This document shows, one piece after another, positions 47,546 to 55,943 of a DNA stretch of 64,000 bases. The notes under the pieces are model-generated. The model was not told where the DNA came from, made no database searches, and saw nothing but the letters and a program-made list of their open reading frames with translations. Source of the stretch: a virus. A program made the translations under genes and the position numbers. Numbering within the stretch: the stretch's first letter is position 1; the number at the start of each line of letters is the position of its first letter. The stretch lies in the IMG/VR virus record IMGVR_UViG_3300022562_000702. The stretch is one strand, 5' to 3'.

Positions 47546-48160
47546 TTAGCCTGTCTCCGTTTCATGATATCCGTAGAGTCCTCCGTTCTTGATGTAATCC
47601 CACACCTTGGAGTCAAGGTGCGCCGCAGCGAAGTCGTTGCGGCCTTCCCGGATCGCTGTACGAATATCGGTGGAACTGGCGTCGTTCTCGAAATCGAAGA
47701 CCTGATGTGGCTCGTGATTGAACCAGTCTGCCGTTTCGGGACAGCCATCCCGCCTGAGAACGATGAAGGGGAACTCTTGGATCAACAGATTTCCGTGAAT
47801 CCACTTCGTTTCGATGATGTTGGCATTGTCCATGCCAATGACGATGTGGAACTTGACATCTGGATACTCTTGCACGAGTTGCTGCATGGTCGAATACATC
47901 GACCCGTCGTGCCGGTGTGCGATCTCCCAGTCGAAGGCTCGCATGATCTCCCAGTCTTCACATGCCAAGGTGAGCATATTCCAACGATGGGATGATTCGA
48001 TGAGTTCAGAGTCCTTGCTGAAGAGGTGGCGATAGCAAGGCATGATCCATGTGGGGAGGCCGGTCTTTTGAAAGACCAAGCGTGCCATCAGTTCGTGGTG
48101 CAGTCCCGTGGGGTTGCATCCGCTGCCGAAGATCGCCGCCTCACCCTGTCGGATTCTCAT
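47546..48160 (-). CDS. nadD: nicotinate/nicotinamide mononucleotide adenylyltransferase
   Basis: FGSGCNPTGLHH (GxFxPxHxxH nucleotidyltransferase motif) and the SSTDIR motif (ISSTxIR of NadD). Confidence 0.6.
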   Translation of the reverse strand: MRIRQGEAAIFGSGCNPTGLHHELMARLVFQKTGLPTWIMPCYRHLFSKDSELIESSHRWNMLTLACEDWEIMRAFDWEIAHRHDGSMYSTMQQLVQEYPDVKFHIVIGMDNANIIETKWIHGNLLIQEFPFIVLRRDGCPETADWFNHEPHQVFDFENDASSTDIRTAIREGRNDFAAAHLDSKVWDYIKNGGLYGYHETETG

Positions 48161-49172
48161 GGATCACTCCTACTGCCACATCGTCTCCATTGAGCCAGTT
48201 GCGGCGGCGGAAAGTTCCCGCCTTGTCTTGTCGAAAGACCCAGTTCGATTGCAGTCTGGCGAAACCGGGCCGCACCGTCACAAAGTCCAGTAAGACACGC
48301 AACACGTCCAGCACACAGACAGGCTCGTTGTATTTGCGTCGAGGCGACTTCACGGGAATGTAAAACGCCTCGGGGCCATCCGAGCAGATGAACGTGAATT
48401 CGTAGTCATCTGCTGGGAAGACAAACTCATTGTATGGCTTGATTACTGAGAAGTTTTGCTCTTGGGTCGAAAATGTTACATGATTCGACCAAGCTCCCAT
48501 ACGCTCCTTAGAAGACGGCGGCTGGTCGGCCCATTCTGGAAATTCCATCTCCGGGCTGCGGATGTTCCCGAAGTAGGTGTGAATCTTGTATGTCTGCCCG
48601 AACTGCTCAATCCATTTCGGTGTTTCGCCGAACATCTGGTACTTGAGGTAGTATGGCCCACCGGGAAACTCAACGACATGAATCTTCCAGCGGCCATCAC
48701 GACGCCTTCCGCCGACAACACCATCGCCAACCAACAGGGCTCTATGGGAGTCGCCGACTTTGCGAAGAGTCCCCAGCGTGGCCGTCAGGCAAGCATCAGG
48801 AAGATTGGGGAATGCTCTCTGTTGGGTGCGGGACGTTGCCGACACGCCTTGCAGGAAGGCTTCTACGTTGTCTTGATAGATGTGCTCTTCTGCGGCCTTC
48901 GTCAAGATGCGTGACCCGAAGTCGGTGTGAATGCGAGGGCCACCAGCATTGGAACAACCATCTGAGATGATCGCATAGTCGCCACCATGAACAGCATAAT
49001 CTTCGCACACTTCGTGCGTTGTGCCTTGAACAAAAAACGAGTCTGTCAACATGGTAGTTTCTCCTCGACATACGGGGCAGAGCCAATCGCTCTCCCCGCT
49101 GTCCGTTCCATCAGAGATGAGTTTGAGATCGCTGAACGTCAGTCCGCAGGAATCGCACTGATCAGTCTTCAT
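48141..49172 (-). CDS. hypothetical protein with N-terminal zinc ribbon; possible PP2C-type phosphatase
   Basis: CDSCG...CPVCRG zinc ribbon. ISDGCSNAGG and KVGDSHRAL resemble PP2C DGHGG and GDSRA motifs. Confidence 0.3.
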   Translation of the reverse strand: MKTDQCDSCGLTFSDLKLISDGTDSGESDWLCPVCRGETTMLTDSFFVQGTTHEVCEDYAVHGGDYAIISDGCSNAGGPRIHTDFGSRILTKAAEEHIYQDNVEAFLQGVSATSRTQQRAFPNLPDACLTATLGTLRKVGDSHRALLVGDGVVGGRRRDGRWKIHVVEFPGGPYYLKYQMFGETPKWIEQFGQTYKIHTYFGNIRSPEMEFPEWADQPPSSKERMGAWSNHVTFSTQEQNFSVIKPYNEFVFPADDYEFTFICSDGPEAFYIPVKSPRRKYNEPVCVLDVLRVLLDFVTVRPGFARLQSNWVFRQDKAGTFRRRNWLNGDDVAVGVIHENPTG

Positions 49173-51234
49173 GGTCGTCCAGTGTCCTTAGCCAAGCAGC
49201 CGGGGACGCATCAGACGGCATTCTCCAGTCGCCACGAGGCGACAGGCTGACTGTTCCGACTTTTGGTCCATCAGGCACATCGTTCCGCTTGTATTGCTGA
49301 GCAAAGGCACGTTTGATGTTGACTCGCAACCAATGCTCCAGAGTGTGTTCGTCGTACTCACCTTCCCATCCCTCGGCTTGGAGACCGAGGTAGAGAATCT
49401 TCGCTGGGCTGAATCCGTTGCGGACGAAGTAGAACATCACGAAGTCATGGATCTCATAAGGTCCGATGGTCTCTTCGGTCGATTGTTCGATTTCGCCATC
49501 CGTACCGGCAGGCAGCAATTCGGGAGAGATTGTGGTGTGGGCGATGTCCATCAGCGTGACATATACTGGGTCGCCATCGAATCCCTGATGCGGCGGTTCG
49601 CCACCCTCTGTCTCGGCGATGTATTCGACGAGGAACTTCACCAGCGTCTTTGGCACAGAGCAGTTCACGTTGTACATGGATTGGTGGTCGCCGTTGAATG
49701 TACACCAACCCAACCACAATTCCGACATGTCGCCGGTGCCCAAAACGAAACCGTGGGACATCAGCACCAGCGTCCGTTGTCTTGCTTGCACATTCTCGAA
49801 GACGAGATCCCCTTTGTCCTTCTGCTCTTGCGAGAGATGGGCTAGAGCATCCACGAGGCATTCGACAGTGAAGTTTTCGAGATCGACGCTGGCATCAAAC
49901 ATGCCCATGCCGAACGGGTCGTGTCCAATGTCTTTGAAGACCTGCAAGCACGCCGGGCGAATATCGATTTCCTTCTGGGAGATTTCCAGAACATCCATCA
50001 GTCGCTTGGCGTTCTCCAGAGTCTTGTTGGTTGTGCCGAAGCCGGGCATGGTGATGCCCAGAATGTTCTTGCGAGGCAGGCCAAGCATGTCGAACGTCTT
50101 CACGGCAACCATGAGAGACAACGTGGAATCGAGTCCGCCCGAGATGCCAATTACAACTTTTGGATCAGGGCCGAGTTGTTCGAGCCGTTTCGCCAGAGCA
50201 CAAGTCTGGATGCCGAAGATCTCTGCACAACGAGAGTGCAACGTCTTCGGATCTTTGGGCACAAATGGCCGGGCATCGATCTTTCGCAACAATGGCGAAT
50301 CCATGTGATTCAACTTGAAGCTGACGTTCCGCTGTGAGTGCCCGGCCAGATATCGACGACCCTCGTTATAGCTGGTTGTGGTTCGTCGCTCTGTGTGGAG
50401 CTTCTCAACATCCACATCGGTTGAGGTCCAATAAGAGCCTCGATTTGGTGTCTTGCCGTTGCCTACTCGGTCGCTCTCGACCAACATGTGCCCGCCTTCT
50501 GCGATCAAACAGTGCCCGCCGAAGACAAGATCAGAGGTGCTCTCTGTGGGGCCGCAGCTTGCGTAGGCATAGGCGGCAACGCAACGGCCCGACTGCCCAA
50601 TCACCAGATTGCGGCGATAGTCGGGCTTGCCGATGGTTTCGTTGGACGCCGATGGATTCAAGAGAATGTTCGCCCCGGCGATGGCACTGAAGCTGGATGG
50701 CGGGATTGGCATCCAGATCGCTTCGCAGATCTCGATAGAGACGACGGCTTCGTGGGCATCCCCGACCGGGGCACGGAACAAAAGGTCTGTCCCAAACGGG
50801 ACGCTCCACTCTCCGAACTGAACACGAGTGTTTCGGTCGTTACGAGCCGAAGCAAACCAACGACCTTCGTAGAACTCGTTGTAAGTCGGGATGAATTCTT
50901 TCGGAACAAGGCCGATCACCCTGCCATCATGAAGCACGGCGGCACAGTTGTAGAGGGCGTTCTCGACTCGGAAGGGAAGTCCAACAACCACCAGTTCGTT
51001 GTTGACGTGTGACGCCAATTCGATGACGTTCTCGACGGCGGAATCGAGCAGTGCCTTCTGGTGAAACAGCTTGCCGCATGTGTAACCGGTGATGTTCAGT
51101 TCCGGGAACAGCACAATATCAGATTGAAGCTGCTCCAAGATGCGTGCCACTTCCGCCGTATTGGCGTCAGGATCGGCAACGACGATCTTGTTTGAGACAG
51201 TGGTTACTCGGACAAAGCTGTGGTTGGAGTTCAT
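49162..51234 (-). CDS. nadE: glutamine-dependent NAD+ synthetase (nitrilase domain + PP-loop synthetase)
   Basis: N-terminal carbon-nitrogen hydrolase domain (IVLFPELNITGY). C-terminal GISGGLDSTLSL PP-loop. A start at 51234 is preferred. Confidence 0.8.
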   Translation of the reverse strand: MNSNHSFVRVTTVSNKIVVADPDANTAEVARILEQLQSDIVLFPELNITGYTCGKLFHQKALLDSAVENVIELASHVNNELVVVGLPFRVENALYNCAAVLHDGRVIGLVPKEFIPTYNEFYEGRWFASARNDRNTRVQFGEWSVPFGTDLLFRAPVGDAHEAVVSIEICEAIWMPIPPSSFSAIAGANILLNPSASNETIGKPDYRRNLVIGQSGRCVAAYAYASCGPTESTSDLVFGGHCLIAEGGHMLVESDRVGNGKTPNRGSYWTSTDVDVEKLHTERRTTTSYNEGRRYLAGHSQRNVSFKLNHMDSPLLRKIDARPFVPKDPKTLHSRCAEIFGIQTCALAKRLEQLGPDPKVVIGISGGLDSTLSLMVAVKTFDMLGLPRKNILGITMPGFGTTNKTLENAKRLMDVLEISQKEIDIRPACLQVFKDIGHDPFGMGMFDASVDLENFTVECLVDALAHLSQEQKDKGDLVFENVQARQRTLVLMSHGFVLGTGDMSELWLGWCTFNGDHQSMYNVNCSVPKTLVKFLVEYIAETEGGEPPHQGFDGDPVYVTLMDIAHTTISPELLPAGTDGEIEQSTEETIGPYEIHDFVMFYFVRNGFSPAKILYLGLQAEGWEGEYDEHTLEHWLRVNIKRAFAQQYKRNDVPDGPKVGTVSLSPRGDWRMPSDASPAAWLRTLDDHED

Positions 51235-51247
51235 TGGGGTTCCTCTC

Positions 51248-51796
51248 TTAACCGTATGTGGGTTCGCCAAGATCGTATTCTGGTTCGTCGTCGTCGTCGT
51301 CGTCGTGATGGCCGAGTTCGCCGAACCGTTGTTCGAGTTCGGCACGCAATTCAGCAGGCAGGTCTTCCGGGTTGATCGGGATCATTCCGCCCCGACCTTC
51401 ACGAATGGCTTGTTGGATATGAGGCGGCAGCATGTGGAAGGGTGGAATCCCCATCACCGCTGTCATGATTCGTCCCCAGCGACCGGTCTGCGTGTGGATG
51501 GTGTCGAGGTCATCGACACGCACATAGAACTCGATCTCGCTTGCTTCCCATTCGTCGGTTGCCAACATCACCTTGAACGTCACAAGAGGGAAGACCCCTT
51601 CAATGACTTTTAGGTTGCTGGTAATCAGGCCGTCAAACCCCCGTCCCTTGATCCGCTGCGAAGTGCGACCATCTTCGAACATATCAACGGCGTTGTACAT
51701 GAGGATGTCACAGACTCGTGGAGTCAATGGCTTCCCAGTGTTGATCATGCAGTAAATGCCACCATGTCGTTCGGGGTCAGGGGTGAAGCCGCTCAT
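51248..51796 (-). CDS. hypothetical protein with poly-Asp C-terminus
   Basis: ORF between nadE and the Nudix gene. Internal start chosen to avoid overlap. Confidence 0.4.
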   Translation of the reverse strand: MSGFTPDPERHGGIYCMINTGKPLTPRVCDILMYNAVDMFEDGRTSQRIKGRGFDGLITSNLKVIEGVFPLVTFKVMLATDEWEASEIEFYVRVDDLDTIHTQTGRWGRIMTAVMGIPPFHMLPPHIQQAIREGRGGMIPINPEDLPAELRAELEQRFGELGHHDDDDDDEPEYDLGEPTYG

Positions 51797-52311
51797 TAGT
51801 CTCGTCTCCAAAGCTGTTTGAGGTAAAACAACACCTGATGGATCGGAATCCATGTCCGTTGATCTTCCGATTGTACCAGTGCTGCTAACTCATCCAAGGA
51901 AACCCATCGCCATCCTTTGCATTTCTTGGGCTCAAGTGGTTCGATCATTTCTTCGTCACCCTTCTTCTTCAGGGTGCCGCCGTGAAGGTAGTCGGCGATC
52001 AGGTAACATGTCACATAGATCGCCGAACCATCTGTTGATTTCTTCAGAATGTCATACGTCGTGAACAGGTCTTGGCGGTAGTGGTCGGGACTGAAGACCC
52101 GACACACCATGCCCGTCTCTTCTAAGACTTCACGTTCGCCGCAGTGAGCGAGGGTCGCATCAGTTGGATCGATATGCCCACCGGGAAAGGCATAGAGGCC
52201 AGCACCATGACTGCCTTGTCGCTCTCCAATCAAAACCTTCTGGCCTTTGACGACAATGACGCCGACACCGGCTTTGACTTGTGGTTCGACTTCTTTCTTC
52301 TTCTTCGTCAT
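51796..52311 (-). CDS. NUDIX hydrolase (candidate ADP-ribose or NADH pyrophosphatase)
   Basis: Nudix box GGHIDPTDATLAHCGEREVLEETGM. Confidence 0.8.
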   Translation of the reverse strand: MTKKKKEVEPQVKAGVGVIVVKGQKVLIGERQGSHGAGLYAFPGGHIDPTDATLAHCGEREVLEETGMVCRVFSPDHYRQDLFTTYDILKKSTDGSAIYVTCYLIADYLHGGTLKKKGDEEMIEPLEPKKCKGWRWVSLDELAALVQSEDQRTWIPIHQVLFYLKQLWRRD

Positions 52312-52613
52312 GGCAGCACCAATCTAATCAAGCTGAAAGCGACAATGTAGACGATTACAGGGAACAGAACGTGCATCGCCACAACGTGTTTGATTCCGGG
52401 GAATTGTCGAGCCCAATCTTCGTCGCCGTTCACGGCCCGCAGTCGTCTCTGCCAACCTCCGGGCGAGTTGAACCTGATGTCGTCCCACAGACACCGGAAA
52501 GGCAGTTCCCAGCCGCCCATGCCGCCGTTGATGAAGCATTCCAGTCCGTAGACCAGATACCACACTCCGAAGGCGATGATTGCTGCAAAGGCGACTGACA
52601 TTGTTACCACCAT
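52308..52613 (-). CDS. small membrane protein
   Basis: Two hydrophobic helices. Confidence 0.3.
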   Translation of the reverse strand: MVVTMSVAFAAIIAFGVWYLVYGLECFINGGMGGWELPFRCLWDDIRFNSPGGWQRRLRAVNGDEDWARQFPGIKHVVAMHVLFPVIVYIVAFSLIRLVLP

Positions 52614-52807
52614 AAAAGTTTCCAGAGGAATTTGATCGCAACGAGCATAGCCAACAAGACGATTACGACCAGCAGGCAACCGAAGCAACCGCTACCATCG
52701 CCGTCGCCGTCGTCATCTTTGTCTTCCTGCGCCGGTGGCGGTGGGGCCATCGTGGCAGTGCTCTTTCCATTTCCGTTGAATCGGTTTAGTCGAGGGTCAG
52801 GCTGCAT
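52604..52807 (-). CDS. small membrane protein
   Basis: C-terminal hydrophobic helix CLLVVIVLLAMLVAIKFLW. Confidence 0.3.
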   Translation of the reverse strand: MQPDPRLNRFNGNGKSTATMAPPPPAQEDKDDDGDGDGSGCFGCLLVVIVLLAMLVAIKFLWKLLWW

Positions 52808-54035
52808 GGTCTAACGGTGTCCCAAAGAAAGTCCAGTTCGCCACTCGTCGTGCATCGGGATCGCCGATTTGTTTGCCGGGCACATCGCTGAGCTTCACCA
52901 CCGGCACGCCCATGACCGACCACAATTTGATGACCATGTTGAGTGCCTTGCACTCGGGGAAGTCATTGGTCAGATGTGTGCCGATGCCGAAGGCTGTTTT
53001 GATCTTGCCTCGGAAATACTTCTCGATTTTCGCCGCCAACTCAGAGTCCAATCCGTCGCTGAACACAATTGTCTTCCCAAGCGGATCGATTCTCTGGCTG
53101 ATGTAGTGGTCAATGACCTGATCGCCGAACTTGTATGGGTCAGCGGAATCATGTCGCACACCGTCGAAAGCCCGTGCCAGCATTCCGACGAAATCGCCGA
53201 AGAATGCTTTGGTTCCAAAGGTGTCGGTCAGTGCGATACCCACTTCGCCGTTGAATGTTTCCATCCAGTCTTCGAGGACATAGCGGTTGGCATGACGCAA
53301 ACCACGCAGAACCGAATAGCCCATGAACATCTCGTGTGCCATCGTGCCGATGGGTTTCAGGCCATGTTTCATCGCCATGTGAACATTGCTGACGCCGACA
53401 AACTTGGGGTGGCACTCCTTGAGGGTGCGAACCACCAAATCCTGAACGTCATAGCTGTGTCGCCGACGCAGGCCAAACTCTGCCAAGATGCACGCTTGGA
53501 GGATCTCAGCTTTTGCCTTTGTCCGCTCCATGTAGCGGGTGGCCCAGTCGCCTTGTCGCCAGCTTGTCTCGCAGTGCTCGAAGAACAGTTCTGAGATCAA
53601 AGCCATGACGGGGACTTCCCACATCATGGCTGTTTCCCATGGACCTTTGAAGAAAGCCTCAAGCTCGCCTTCTGGTGTCAGTCGTGCTTCGACCTGTGAG
53701 GGGTCGTAACGAAAGTTCTTGATGAACTGGAGGAAGTGTGGACGGAGCCACGGCATTTCCTGATGGATGAAGTCCACTTCATCGTCACGAGTTCGCAGTT
53801 CTCCCATCGCCCGGATTTCCCGGTTGAAGGCATTCATGAATCCTTCGTTGAACTTCCCTTCGGGCCGACGATTGTTGAACCGGAACTCGACGGGCACTCC
53901 CGGATGGTGGCGAAGGATATTCGCACACATGTTGTACTTGTAAACATCTTGTTCAAGATTTGACCGGATAATGCTCATCATGTCTCCATCCCAAAATTTG
54001 TACTGAAGCGTCCCCGGAGGGACTCGAACCCTCAC
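52797..54035 (-). CDS. pncB: nicotinate phosphoribosyltransferase
   Basis: QDVYKYNM (PncB TDAYK..M motif) and GPWETAMMWEVPVMALISE (PncB GPWRE..LWEVPLLAVISE). 412 aa. Confidence 0.75.
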   Translation of the reverse strand: MRVRVPPGTLQYKFWDGDMMSIIRSNLEQDVYKYNMCANILRHHPGVPVEFRFNNRRPEGKFNEGFMNAFNREIRAMGELRTRDDEVDFIHQEMPWLRPHFLQFIKNFRYDPSQVEARLTPEGELEAFFKGPWETAMMWEVPVMALISELFFEHCETSWRQGDWATRYMERTKAKAEILQACILAEFGLRRRHSYDVQDLVVRTLKECHPKFVGVSNVHMAMKHGLKPIGTMAHEMFMGYSVLRGLRHANRYVLEDWMETFNGEVGIALTDTFGTKAFFGDFVGMLARAFDGVRHDSADPYKFGDQVIDHYISQRIDPLGKTIVFSDGLDSELAAKIEKYFRGKIKTAFGIGTHLTNDFPECKALNMVIKLWSVMGVPVVKLSDVPGKQIGDPDARRVANWTFFGTPLDHAA

Positions 54036-54083
54036 TCAGAGATTTAGAATCCCTTGCTCTAACCAATTGAGGCATACGGGGAC
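54009..54083 (-). tRNA. tRNA with anticodon CUA (amber-suppressor type); D-arm slightly non-canonical
   Basis: Folds by hand into a cloverleaf. Acceptor stem GTCCCCG/CGGGGAC, with U8. T-arm GAGGG-TTCGAGT-CCCTC. Anticodon stem AGGGA/TCTCT with loop TTCTAAA. D-arm GC(C)TC-AATTGGTTA-GAGC with one bulged C. No encoded CCA. Confidence 0.5.
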
Positions 54084-54086
54084 GTT

Positions 54087-54110
54087 GGTGGGGGCTGTTG
54101 CCAACCCCCG
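54087..54110 (-). terminator. GC hairpin (GGGGG...CCCCC) between the upstream gene and the tRNA
   Basis: Inverted repeat read in the sequence. Confidence 0.3.
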
Positions 54111-54115
54111 ACCTA

Positions 54116-54844
54116 TCAAAACGTCAGCGATTGCGAAGGGCCACCGCTGCCGAGGGCTTGCGACTGACTCTGAACGCTGGCACTGATGAAGTTCGCCAGC
54201 TTGGCGAGCGTCTTCTCGTTGGCGTCCGAGAGCGGAACGTACTGCGTGTACCCCACGGCCTGTGCGTGCCGCTTGAGTTCGGCTTGCACTCGGGCATCGT
54301 CGTTGACGCCGATGAGGATCGACATCACCGATTCGAGGGCTTCGCAGGACACCGCATCAGCCATCGCCTGAACGGCGGCGTCTTCCACGATGTTCTGTCC
54401 CGGAGTGTAGTGGGCACCGTCTGTGATTCCGTAGATGATCCCGTTGACCATATACCGCTTCGCAGCTTGCTGCTCGGCGTAGTCGATCATCGCACGGAGC
54501 ACGTTCTCTTCGCACCCGTACAAGTTGGTGCAACCACCGCCAGCCCAGCAACCGTCGTAGTCGTCTTCGTGACAATCGACTTGCGGCTTGTAGCCGTGGA
54601 ACTCACGGACCTGATCGTCGAAGTGGACTTGCCGATAGAGCAGTTTGTCGGCGACCGGCGAGTGTCGGAGGGACTTGACCACTTCCTTGATGCAGAGTTC
54701 CATCTGGCGAGCGTATCTGCGGGTTGAACCGCTCTCGTCGAAGAACGCCGTGGCGATGGTGTTGTCCACGTTGGTCAGGTCGTCAATGGGCGTCCCGGTG
54801 TAACCGAATCCGCCGCCCGGAATTGTGAAACTTTGCGAAGTCAT
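54116..54844 (-). CDS. von Willebrand factor A (vWA)-like domain protein
   Basis: MIDAS-like FFDESGST (DxSxS) and a later GITDGAHY. Confidence 0.4.
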   Translation of the reverse strand: MTSQSFTIPGGGFGYTGTPIDDLTNVDNTIATAFFDESGSTRRYARQMELCIKEVVKSLRHSPVADKLLYRQVHFDDQVREFHGYKPQVDCHEDDYDGCWAGGGCTNLYGCEENVLRAMIDYAEQQAAKRYMVNGIIYGITDGAHYTPGQNIVEDAAVQAMADAVSCEALESVMSILIGVNDDARVQAELKRHAQAVGYTQYVPLSDANEKTLAKLANFISASVQSQSQALGSGGPSQSLTF

Positions 54845-54903
54845 GGTTTGGATCTCCCTCTGAGTTGTAGGCTAACCGAAGTGCGGGCCGCTGTGCTGCC
54901 CGC

Positions 54904-55881
54904 TTACGCCTTCAGTTCACGGATCAGGTCGTTGGTCTTCATCACCCGAGCACCTCGGTTGACCATCTCGTCCAAGAAGTCGAGACGCCACTGTCCGAAG
55001 TCGGGACCACCGGGCACGTTGCCCACAGGAGCCGAGGCATCTTCGACGAAGACACACTTGGTGATGAATTCGTTCTTCTTGCCTTTCGCTTTGTCTTCGT
55101 CGGTCGGCTCGAAGAAGTCCACGGCGTCGAGGCCGGTCCACTTCAGGCAGTGGCTCCCTGCCCAGCCGGTCCAGATAACGAGGTCTGCCCGCATCACGTT
55201 CTGGACGCACGGAGCATTCATCTGGGTTGCCGGAACGGTCGGATCGGGCACGTCGGCCTTCAGGGCGGAATAGTGTTCCGTCCACTGGAACTGGCCTTTG
55301 GTGATCCAGTCGATCCAGCCGCCAGTGCGACGAGTCCAACGACTGTACGCATCCATGAGCGGCTTGTAGACCTGATTGCCCCATGTGCCGATCAGGCAGT
55401 GGGCGGGCCACAAGCAGAGTGGGTTGCGACCGAAATCTTCGAGGGCCTTCGTGTACTTGAGAGCCCATTCGAGCGGAGCGACCTTCTTGCCTTCCCACAC
55501 GCCGTAGGCGAAGTTCGGCACGAAGTTCTGAGCCACCACGTCGGCGTGAGTGACGATCTGGAACGGGTTCGCCATGTTCCCGGCTCGATCTTGCCAGACG
55601 TTGTTGTGGGCACCATCGTTCTCGTGGTGGCAGTCGAGCGACGGGTGGATCTGATCGATCCGATGGCGACGGGAATCGGCAGGGTCGGCGAGTTCGTCGA
55701 TCAGGCGGGCGACGTTGAACGCTTCCTGATCTGCACCAACGACTTGTAAGGCCCCCGGTCTTGGTCCATTACCCGGCGAAGGCCAATCTGCGGGTTCGTT
55801 GCCACTGGCACAGAAGTCGTTCTGTCCGTCAATGACGAACATATCGACTCGTTTCGCATTGCGAAAGAAGCTGTCCGACAT
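54904..55881 (-). CDS. pncA: isochorismatase-family hydrolase, likely nicotinamidase
   Basis: VDMFVIDGQNDFC (D-x-QNDFC motif of the PncA/isochorismatase family). A candidate catalytic Cys in GSHCLKW. 325 aa, longer than canonical PncA. Confidence 0.5.
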   Translation of the reverse strand: MSDSFFRNAKRVDMFVIDGQNDFCASGNEPADWPSPGNGPRPGALQVVGADQEAFNVARLIDELADPADSRRHRIDQIHPSLDCHHENDGAHNNVWQDRAGNMANPFQIVTHADVVAQNFVPNFAYGVWEGKKVAPLEWALKYTKALEDFGRNPLCLWPAHCLIGTWGNQVYKPLMDAYSRWTRRTGGWIDWITKGQFQWTEHYSALKADVPDPTVPATQMNAPCVQNVMRADLVIWTGWAGSHCLKWTGLDAVDFFEPTDEDKAKGKKNEFITKCVFVEDASAPVGNVPGGPDFGQWRLDFLDEMVNRGARVMKTNDLIRELKA

Positions 55882-55943
55882 GTCTCAATCTCCTGAAAAG
55901 GTTTCGGTTTCCGGCCCATCCACAAACATGATATGGCACGTTT

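Noticed and set aside
47410-47565. Possible 51-aa gene between the kinase-like gene and nadD
   Set aside because: It is only plausible from an internal start. It is highly basic but has no RBS or motif support, so I did not list it as a feature.
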